Shown piece by piece: positions 57,400 through 64,000 of a stretch of DNA of 64,000 nucleotides. The notes under the pieces are model-generated. The model had not been told where the DNA came from and made no database searches. It saw only the letters and a program-made list of their open reading frames with translations. The stretch spans positions 11,110-75,109 of IMG/VR virus record IMGVR_UViG_3300045993_000757. One strand, 5' to 3'. A program made the position numbers and the translations under genes. Positions within the stretch are counted from its first letter, which is position 1. The number at the start of each line of letters is the position of its first letter. Origin of the DNA: a virus.

Positions 57400-57720
57400 T
57401 CACTTGCTTGCCTCCTTCAGCTTGTTGAACGTCGCGAGAGCGTGATCCAGCGGCGAACTTCCGGTAGTCACGACGCGGCACCCCTTGATGGTCTTAAGGA
57501 AGACCTCCGCCACCTCGCGCCACTGGTCCCTTTCCTTGCGAAGTACGCTCGTTTCTTTGATTGCGTTCTCGCCTACGATGGCGCGGTCGCGGTCAGCCTC
57601 CGCGAGTTCGCGCTCCAGTTGGCGTGCGAAGTCGGCGGGGACCCAGTACGACGACTGCACGGGTTGGCCGACCAGCTTGAACGCCTCCACGTCCGTCCGC
57701 GGTGTCGGTTGCTCACTCAC
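57400..57720 (-). CDS. TPRTD-motif coiled-coil phage protein (paralog 2)
   Basis: MSEQPTPRTD, ARQLERELAEA, ERDQWREVAE. Confidence 0.7.
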   Translation of the reverse strand: MSEQPTPRTDVEAFKLVGQPVQSSYWVPADFARQLERELAEADRDRAIVGENAIKETSVLRKERDQWREVAEVFLKTIKGCRVVTTGSSPLDHALATFNKLKEASK

Positions 57721-58118
57721 TTGGCACCTCCCTGCAGCTTGCGGAACTCAGCCAGCGCCCTGTCGAGCCGTGGCCACTCGACGTCCTGAGATATTTCATC
57801 GGCAGCTTGATTAAGCTCCTCCGCCACCTCGCGCCACTGGTCGCGTTCGGCTACCATGCCCATCCACCGATCCAGCCAGCGAGCACGCTCCTCAGTAGCC
57901 TCCGCCAGTTCGCGCTCCGCCTTCACGGCCCGCTCAAGATTCTCGCCCATGCGGGTGACGTATTGGTCAGTCATCGCCTTTTGCTCCGCGAGTTCGCGCT
58001 CCAAGCCCCTCACCATGTGGGCAAGGACGACTTCAATTCCAACTCCATTCGTTCCGCCTACGAATGACGACAGATAGAACGCCTCTCTGTCCGTCCTCGG
58101 TGTTGGTTGATCACTCAC
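57717..58118 (-). CDS. TPRTD-motif coiled-coil phage protein (paralog 1)
   Basis: MSDQPTPRTD, LERELAE, ERDQWREVAE. Confidence 0.7.
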   Translation of the reverse strand: MSDQPTPRTDREAFYLSSFVGGTNGVGIEVVLAHMVRGLERELAEQKAMTDQYVTRMGENLERAVKAERELAEATEERARWLDRWMGMVAERDQWREVAEELNQAADEISQDVEWPRLDRALAEFRKLQGGAK

Positions 58119-58207
58119 GGCTTGCCTCCTTTCTTCTGGCTTCTACTTCCGAGAGGAATCCCTGACCGACAGGCGATCCGAGCCACTGGATGATTGTGGC
58201 TGCTCAT
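58115..58207 (-). CDS. 30-aa micro-ORF
   Basis: Start and stop both overlap neighbours (ATGA/GTGA coupling). Confidence 0.4.
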   Translation of the reverse strand: MSSHNHPVARIACRSGIPLGSRSQKKGGKP

Positions 58208-58671
58208 CGCGCACCCCCAAGCATCTTCAGTCCCTCAGGTGTGAGCCAGTTGGTGGGGATGTGGACCCAGCCCGCGTCGAAGTTGGTGGAGACGAGAACG
58301 GTCAGTGGGTGGGTATCGGACCACCTAACCCCGTTGGTCATCACCAACGAATGACCGGCAATGTAGTTCGTCAAGACGTTCAGGTTGGTGAGCGTGGTCC
58401 CGTTGGTGTAGGGACCTTGGTGAATCCAGTTTGTGGGCCAGTCATTGGTCAACCCATAGATCCAGTTTGTCTTGGATGGAAAGATCGGCATCTCGTCGCG
58501 GAAGGGCCACGCAGGCTGCGACGGCGCAGGCACCTCGCGGATCGTGGTGACGGTGTTGGTGACGTAGAGGATGCGCTCGGTCGGCTGTGGAATGGGCCTC
58601 CACAAGGCGATGTTGGCTACGACGAGCGCAAGGGCGCTCGCAACGTACAGTACGAGGGGGGTGTGGTTCAT
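58204..58671 (-). CDS. Membrane-anchored Thr-Asn-rich protein
   Basis: N-terminal TM LVLYVASALALVVANIALW; many TN/TNW motifs. Confidence 0.65.
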   Translation of the reverse strand: MNHTPLVLYVASALALVVANIALWRPIPQPTERILYVTNTVTTIREVPAPSQPAWPFRDEMPIFPSKTNWIYGLTNDWPTNWIHQGPYTNGTTLTNLNVLTNYIAGHSLVMTNGVRWSDTHPLTVLVSTNFDAGWVHIPTNWLTPEGLKMLGGAR

Positions 58672-59654
58672 AGAATCATTGGGTTGAATCCATCCGCCGC
58701 CACCTGCACCGGCTTCTTCAGCTCGTTTCGTACAAAGCTGATGCTCCCGTTCTTGGCGCTGATCGCCGCCAGATAATCCGCCTCGATCACGCTGTCCGCC
58801 ACCACCACTCCGCCGTTCATCGCGGTCTGGTTGGGCGTCTTGTCCCACCACTCCACGCCGCGCGCCCCAGTGAGACGGCAATTCACGATGTACACCTTCC
58901 GAATGCAGACCGCCGTTCCAATCATCGCCACCGCGGCCCATGACCCCTGGAACTCGCATTCGCGAGCCACGGCTAGGCATGGCCCAGTGTCGCAATAAAA
59001 ACCAAATTTCCCGCCTATACCCTTGCATCCCGTGAATCGAGTTATGTGGGTAGCCGCGAATGCGTGCTGGTTATCGCTCCCAAGATTCACATCGCAAGAC
59101 CGTACCATGCTATCAAAACCCGCCGGATCATCCACAGTCGCTCCAAGGTAAATTCCAGAAACAAAAGAGTCAGGAGATACTGCGTTTACCGTACACGAGT
59201 CCACGAGGCTTCCAGACGTTTTCCCCTCGCTCGACAGCGCAAAAACTTCCGTGCCCGACCCTCCCCAGTTCCACGATCCTCGAAGCCCAGTGATACTCAG
59301 TCCACTGGCCGTGAACTTTCCGAAGAACCGAAGGCCACCTCCAAACCAACCGGGCGGCGGGGTACAGTCAAAGGTGCCTCCGGAAACGGTGGTATCGGCC
59401 TCGGCCCAAAGCAGATTCAAATCGCGCGATGGGCGAACGACTCCACCCGCGATCAGTGTCGGGCTGGACGAGAACTTCAACCTGGATCCGGTAAGGTCCA
59501 GGGAGACCCCCTTGGCCAAACTCTTGTAATTTGGAAATCCCCAGTTTCCCGCGGTCACAAAAGTGCCATCCCTAGCCACTATGGAATCCCCAGGTCTTCG
59601 TGCGTACTTAAGAGCGTCGTCAAATTCATTGGTATCTGTGACTGTGATTTTCAT
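58668..59654 (-). CDS. Pectin-lyase-like right-handed beta-helix protein
   Basis: Start MKITVTDTNEFDDAL..PGDSI...GTF; repeated short beta strands with Cys/Asn ladder. Confidence 0.6.
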   Translation of the reverse strand: MKITVTDTNEFDDALKYARRPGDSIVARDGTFVTAGNWGFPNYKSLAKGVSLDLTGSRLKFSSSPTLIAGGVVRPSRDLNLLWAEADTTVSGGTFDCTPPPGWFGGGLRFFGKFTASGLSITGLRGSWNWGGSGTEVFALSSEGKTSGSLVDSCTVNAVSPDSFVSGIYLGATVDDPAGFDSMVRSCDVNLGSDNQHAFAATHITRFTGCKGIGGKFGFYCDTGPCLAVARECEFQGSWAAVAMIGTAVCIRKVYIVNCRLTGARGVEWWDKTPNQTAMNGGVVVADSVIEADYLAAISAKNGSISFVRNELKKPVQVAADGFNPMIL

Positions 59655-59658
59655 ATTT

Positions 59659-60488
59659 GCCTGCAATGCCGTGCCATTACCCGACATGACTACCAGTCCT
59701 GCCGTACCATTCCCTGCCCACCTAGGCCACCACCCTCCCACTCCTGCCGCGCCATGCCTTGCCTGGACTGGCCTGTCACGCCTGTCCGAGCCGCGACATT
59801 CCTGCCGCGCCAATCGGGCCGAACCTTCCTCCCCACCATCCCTACCAGTCCTATCCTGCCGTGCCTGGACATCCGAGCCTGTCCGACCTTGCCACTCCAC
59901 TCCTGCCGTGCCTTGACTCGCCTTCCCCAACGCACCGCGGCTTCCCACCTATCCACGCCATGCCTCTCCTGCCGTGCTATGCCCGTCCCCGCCATACCCT
60001 GACACCCGCCCACGTCGCGACGTTCCTGCCGTGCCTTATCCCGCCCGGTCAGGCCACGCCCGACCAGGCCGCGCCGCCCTCGCCTGCCGCGCCATGCCTC
60101 ACCTCGCCACACCTACCCTCCGCGACCTCCTGACCTGGCGAAGCTCGCCCAGACCACCACTCCCGCCATGCCGAGACTCGCCAGGCCCCGCCTTGACCTG
60201 CCGTGTCGCGCCCGTCCAACCGTGCCACTCCTGCCGTGCCCAGCCTCACGGGGCCATCCTTGCCCTACCGCGACCTCCTGGCCGGTTCTCGCCATCCGAT
60301 CCTGCCGTGCCGATCCTGCCGTGCCATGCCCGACCTCGACGTGCCCAGCGGGACCACGCCAACCGATCCTACCGTGCCATTCCCAGACCCTACCTCCCAC
60401 CTCCCCAGCCATCCGATCCTGCCGTGCCACCCTGGCCCCGCCTATCCCTTCCCGTCCCGTCCACGCCTGCTGCGCCGTGCCATTACCG
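59659..60488 (-). ncRNA. Non-coding array of GGY-NN pentamer tracts with GGCACGGCAGGA anchors; candidate guide-RNA array
   Basis: ~15 clear (T)CCTGCCGYGCC-type anchors on + strand, mostly 45-66 nt apart, separated by RCC-NN 5-nt periodic tracts with variable NN; fills the space between two co-oriented genes. Confidence 0.75.
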
Positions 60489-60962
60489 TCATCCGCCGGT
60501 CAATTCGCTTGTCCGCTTCACAGCGTCAAGCGTCTTCCAAAGTTCAACCAACTCCAGGACGTGTCCGTATCGCTTTCGGACAGCATCCAACTCGTTCATC
60601 GCATCATCGATGTAAGTCTTCCGATGCGTCGGGTTGGCCAGAACGGCCTCGATGGTCCTGTAACCGTTTCCGCTTACACGATCCGTTGAAAGGCTCACAA
60701 ATCGCCGCGTGGACTGTTCCGTAACGGGTTGGTCTGCAACCAACACGCGCACGCTGACGATCAGCCTTCTTGCTTCCTCAAGCCGCCATTTTTCCCCGGC
60801 CTCGCTGTCGCTCCAGGTGAACAAATGATGAATTTTGCAGGCCGGATCCCTGGCGTAATCGAGCACTCGCTTGGGAGTAAGAAGGCCGTCCCCGCCTTCC
60901 CGGAGCTGCAACTCCAGGACTTCGGAGACGGCCTGTTCCCGCGTCACAACAACCGCGCTCAT
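60489..60962 (-). CDS. Hypothetical protein paired with RAMP-like gene
   Basis: LTPKRVLDYARDP...H..FTWSD.EAGEKWRL.EARRLI; 5 nt downstream of RAMP-like gene, abuts the array. Confidence 0.75.
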   Translation of the reverse strand: MSAVVVTREQAVSEVLELQLREGGDGLLTPKRVLDYARDPACKIHHLFTWSDSEAGEKWRLEEARRLIVSVRVLVADQPVTEQSTRRFVSLSTDRVSGNGYRTIEAVLANPTHRKTYIDDAMNELDAVRKRYGHVLELVELWKTLDAVKRTSELTGG

Positions 60963-60967
60963 AAGCG

Positions 60968-61603
60968 TTAGTCGTTCACGACATCGAACGTCCCCCAGCC
61001 GATTCCGGCCGAGGCTTTCGAGTTGGGACGGCCCTCGCCGATCCCGTTTTGGGTGCCGGCGCGAACCAGGAGGTTAGTCACGTCTGAAAGCGTGAAGGCA
61101 TCACCGTCGAACTTCACGGTCACCACCGCTTCCCAACCCGGATCCCAGACCGGGCGGGAACGGATATCGGCAACGCCGCTCGCATTGCGGACCGGGGAGT
61201 CAACGCGCTTCGGTTCGCCCTTGGTGATGCGAACCAGGGGGGTTCCGTCTTCCACGTCAAAGCCGTCCGCTTTAACGAAAACGGTCATTTTTGCCATGGT
61301 CATCGTAAAGCCTGCGGTTCGGCAGGAGTCGATCAGCGCGCACCGGAATGCCGGAGCGGGGATCCCGTGCCATCCGTCAGCCGTGGTGTGTTTGGCCCCT
61401 TCGTACAGGGAGTCAAAATCCTTGGCCTCACGCTTCTTGCCTTTCTTGTTCTGACTGCCGGCCTCCTGGGTCTCGATCATCAGTTGCTTGGCCTTGCCAC
61501 TGAATTTGTTCTGACAATACGGGGCGTTTCCCCGGATCCTGAACTGGGCCGTGATCTCGTTCAACGGCCTGACGACTACTTCTTGCTTGGTTGCTTTTGC
61601 CAT
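60968..61603 (-). CDS. Stand-alone Cas7/RAMP-like RRM protein
   Basis: N-terminal strand FRIRGNAPY, IPAPAFRCAL (cf. IPGSSLKGAL), thumb region ending RPVW..W, C-terminal Gly-rich loop GIGEGRP...GIGWGTFDV. Confidence 0.75.
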   Translation of the reverse strand: MAKATKQEVVVRPLNEITAQFRIRGNAPYCQNKFSGKAKQLMIETQEAGSQNKKGKKREAKDFDSLYEGAKHTTADGWHGIPAPAFRCALIDSCRTAGFTMTMAKMTVFVKADGFDVEDGTPLVRITKGEPKRVDSPVRNASGVADIRSRPVWDPGWEAVVTVKFDGDAFTLSDVTNLLVRAGTQNGIGEGRPNSKASAGIGWGTFDVVND

Positions 61604-61671
61604 ACTTACTGGTGGTTTCTTTGTTTCTGCGTACCGCGCGTCGGTGGGTTATCCCGTAATGGGGCCCTGTC

Positions 61672-61821
61672 CTAGGCAGCGGAAATGGGATGGTAGGGTC
61701 GGTTGCATCGACACCTATTCAATCTGACGATGCAAAGCCTAGCGGTTCCGCGAATCTTGAACTTGGCCGTGATGATGTTCTCCGGCTTCGGATTCGCGCT
61801 GACTGGTTTTTTGGATTTCAT
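61672..61821 (-). pseudogene. 49-aa ORF carrying a copy of the RAMP-like N-terminus
   Basis: IITAKFKIRGTARL vs EITAQFRIRGNAPY; DNA also similar. Confidence 0.5.
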
Positions 61822-62009
61822 TGCTTCTCGTGTTCGAGTCGGTACATGACCACGGCGAACGCCCCGGCCGTCGCGAACACCAGATCGGTGGCCTTGACCT
61901 GCTCCTTGTTCATGTCCCCCTTGAATGCTTCGAGGGTGCATGCGAGTCGGATGGCTTCGTTCTCCAGCTTGGTTCGGTCCTTTTCCTCGATGATCTGTTG
62001 AAGCGTCAT
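61818..62009 (-). CDS. Small hypothetical protein
   Basis: 63 aa, ATGA overlap, good codon bias. Confidence 0.6.
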   Translation of the reverse strand: MTLQQIIEEKDRTKLENEAIRLACTLEAFKGDMNKEQVKATDLVFATAGAFAVVMYRLEHEKQ

Positions 62010-62141
62010 TCAGGCTTTCAGGTTGGGACTCCGCCGTGCGTCTATCAGGGCGTGCCAGTGGTCCCCACGCTGCTCACGGTGGCGGATCACCTTTATTTGC
62101 CTATAGGGCCACGGAAGCCGATGGGCGGGCGCGGTGGTCAT
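62010..62141 (-). CDS. 43-aa hypothetical protein
   Basis: MTTAPAHRLPWPY...; fills the gap with coupled start and stop. Confidence 0.4.
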   Translation of the reverse strand: MTTAPAHRLPWPYRQIKVIRHREQRGDHWHALIDARRSPNLKA

Positions 62142-62365
62142 CACTTTTTAGGGAAAAGGGCTCTGTTGAACTTCGCGACCAGCACCGGCGTCCATCCACG
62201 CTTGGCCCGCTCCAGGTCGCACAGGAACATGGCGCTGATCTTCATTCGGGCCGAGGTGTCGCGCAGGGAAAGCCCAGCAGCCTCACGTCGGGCCCTGGCA
62301 TCAGTCCCGATGGCTTCGCTGTCGGGCACGTCTATTTGTTTGGTGTGGTACTTGAGTTTGCTCAT
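62141..62365 (-). CDS. XRE-family helix-turn-helix protein
   Basis: RARREAAGLSLRDTSARMKISAMFLCDLERAKR. Confidence 0.8.
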   Translation of the reverse strand: MSKLKYHTKQIDVPDSEAIGTDARARREAAGLSLRDTSARMKISAMFLCDLERAKRGWTPVLVAKFNRALFPKK

Positions 62366-62403
62366 GGCTTTTTGATGAATTTGATCTCCAGGCGATCCAG
62401 GTC

Positions 62404-62613
62404 TCACAGAATCCCCCTGGCCAGAATGATGAGGTCGTCGAGACGCTGCTTCCGTTTGGCTTGGCACTTCGTGGATCGGCAGCGCCATCCCTCGGGGAAG
62501 TCGCGCATCACGCGGCCACAGTCGCCGCAGATGTGAAGACCGGGATCTGGCTTGGGACGGGGAGGGTTGGGGCGACGACCGTTCCTCACCTTGACCATGC
62601 TCTTGGACTTCAT
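62404..62613 (-). CDS. Small zinc-finger protein
   Basis: CGDCG...WRCRSTKC. Confidence 0.55.
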   Translation of the reverse strand: MKSKSMVKVRNGRRPNPPRPKPDPGLHICGDCGRVMRDFPEGWRCRSTKCQAKRKQRLDDLIILARGIL

Positions 62614-63185
62614 GCGCGTTTCCACCGGGATTTGGCCATGGTGGGGGCATCGCCCTGCATATACGGGGCCCGGATCAGCCGGCCGACAACGCCCTCCAGA
62701 CCGGGCACGTCGCGCGTCTGCTCGAACAACACGCCGCCCTGGTGCTCGTCTTGGAACCGATAGACGAAACCGGGCTTGGGCCGCTCGCCGCGGGTCATCT
62801 CCAGAACGGGCAGCCGTCGCACGAGCAGATCGCGGCGGGACTCGTAGGAATCGCCATCGCGACTGGGAAGGTCGAAGACGAGGACGGCCCCGCGGCTTCC
62901 CTTGAACTCCTCGGTGCCGCGGAACCCCACGAGGCCTAGGTCGATCCACTCCGACCCGGCGAACACCTTCTTCAAGTCGGCCAGGGCCGGGACGAACGCT
63001 TCCGCCTTGTTTCGGGCAAAGGGCTGCCCGTGGCGGTTGTAGAGGGATCCGTCCGGGATATGAAAAACAGCCCGTTCGTCGTCGATCTTGGGCTGCCACT
63101 CCCAGCCCATCATCGCGAAGTCAGCGGGGATGGGACCCAGGTTCACGCCGGGCCGCATGGGCGTGATGATCGTATTCCAACTCAT
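62610..63185 (-). CDS. ATP-dependent DNA ligase-like adenylation domain (no OB domain)
   Basis: Motif I-like QPKIDDER, YNRHG, VFDL, RRDLL, EGVV. Confidence 0.7.
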   Translation of the reverse strand: MSWNTIITPMRPGVNLGPIPADFAMMGWEWQPKIDDERAVFHIPDGSLYNRHGQPFARNKAEAFVPALADLKKVFAGSEWIDLGLVGFRGTEEFKGSRGAVLVFDLPSRDGDSYESRRDLLVRRLPVLEMTRGERPKPGFVYRFQDEHQGGVLFEQTRDVPGLEGVVGRLIRAPYMQGDAPTMAKSRWKRA

Positions 63186-63457
63186 GTGGCCCCCTCGATG
63201 GTGATGCGGTGCGTGCCGTCCATCATCCGCAGGTAGCCGCGAAGATGCGCCGGGGTGAACTCGATCCAGACTTCTTCCCCATCCGCCATGCCTCGGGCCA
63301 TCCATCCCAGGTCCAGATTCTCGTCGTCGAGGTATTCCAGGATGCCGTTGACGGCAAAGTTGATCCTGCCGTTGAATTGAATCTTGGCTTCCGCTCCGAC
63401 ATTGATGATCCGGACAGGCTTTCCGATCAGTGCATGAACTGCGTTTTTGATCTTCAT
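63182..63457 (-). CDS. Hypothetical protein
   Basis: 91 aa, ATGA overlap. Confidence 0.6.
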   Translation of the reverse strand: MKIKNAVHALIGKPVRIINVGAEAKIQFNGRINFAVNGILEYLDDENLDLGWMARGMADGEEVWIEFTPAHLRGYLRMMDGTHRITIEGAT

Positions 63458-63512
63458 GAAATGGGTGGCCGTCTCTCCGGCCTGTCACGCCTGCGCCGGC
63501 GTTCGCGGGGGT

Positions 63513-63962
63513 TTACCTCCGGAGCGCGCAGCGGGTGGCCAGACCGGCCAGTTCAAAACTCTCGTTCTGGTCCGGGGTGAAATCGACGTGGCGTGACGAG
63601 GCAAACGCCTCGGTGGGGTAGTCGGACAGCTTGGCGTCCAGAGCGGCCTCGCATCCGTGGGCTGTGAGCGCGGCCAGGATCGCTTCGACAACCGCTTCCT
63701 GGGATTCCGCGGGGATCAGGTCCACGTTCACCTTGAGGCTGCATTTCTTCCGCAGCATCGGCTTGGGGATGCCGATGGTGCTCAACTCGGCCTTGGGGAA
63801 CCACTGTGCCGCGAAGCTGACCGACAACTGACCCAGGGGGGTCACCAGCTTGACGGACGACTCAGGCTTGGGACGACCGGCGTTGGCGGCGAACCATGCG
63901 CGCCGAACTGCGGGTTTGAAGTTCATTTCGACGGCCGTCCTCTTGGACTCCGCTGCTTCCAT
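63513..63962 (-). CDS. Hypothetical protein (may extend beyond window end)
   Basis: Good codon bias; reading frame open toward window edge. Confidence 0.55.
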   Translation of the reverse strand: MEAAESKRTAVEMNFKPAVRRAWFAANAGRPKPESSVKLVTPLGQLSVSFAAQWFPKAELSTIGIPKPMLRKKCSLKVNVDLIPAESQEAVVEAILAALTAHGCEAALDAKLSDYPTEAFASSRHVDFTPDQNESFELAGLATRCALRR

Positions 63963-64000
63963 CTCCTGATCTGCCTCGATCCAGGCGCGCGCATCGGCCA

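Noticed and set aside
59659-60488. Canonical CRISPR array
   Set aside because: Anchor only ~12 nt, spacing irregular, intervening sequence itself periodic, no cas1/cas2
59563-60724. Several overlapping ORFs across the array (Arg/Gly/Pro/Cys-rich)
   Set aside because: Products of a stop-poor 5-nt periodic repeat; no codon bias or protein-like composition
1-64000. Alternative genetic code, integrase/att sites, tRNAs
   Set aside because: Genes end normally at all three stops with tight overlaps; no recombinase motifs or cloverleafs recognised

Overview
The window is most of the genome of a GC-rich tailed dsDNA phage with podovirus-like gene content: portal, tail tube/nozzle and ejection proteins, and no tape measure or sheath. 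I see no integrase, tRNA, rRNA or canonical CRISPR. Left end: PIF1/RecD-like helicase, SSB-like protein, Rad50/SbcC-like ATPase and two glycosyltransferases. Middle: terminase, major capsid protein, an adaptor fused to a metallophosphoesterase, two very long signal-peptide-bearing Thr/Asn-rich fibre proteins, an inverted portal gene, and a 5932-aa polyvalent (DarB-like) virion protein. Right end: lysis/membrane genes and a leftward early operon. The top finding lies in that operon: a stand-alone Cas7/RAMP-like gene (60968-61603), a partner gene (60489-60962) and an ~830-bp non-coding array (59659-60488). The array is built from 5-nt GGY-NN periods punctuated by a conserved GGCACGGCAGGA anchor, making this a candidate non-CRISPR RNA-guided system. 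Other notable features are genes nested in the +1 frame inside the giant protein, a recurring (Y/F)SLK motif at its domain boundaries, and a repeated TTGGACA-N5-TGTCCAA palindrome ahead of morphogenesis genes. All functional calls come from motif recognition by eye; no database searches were run.
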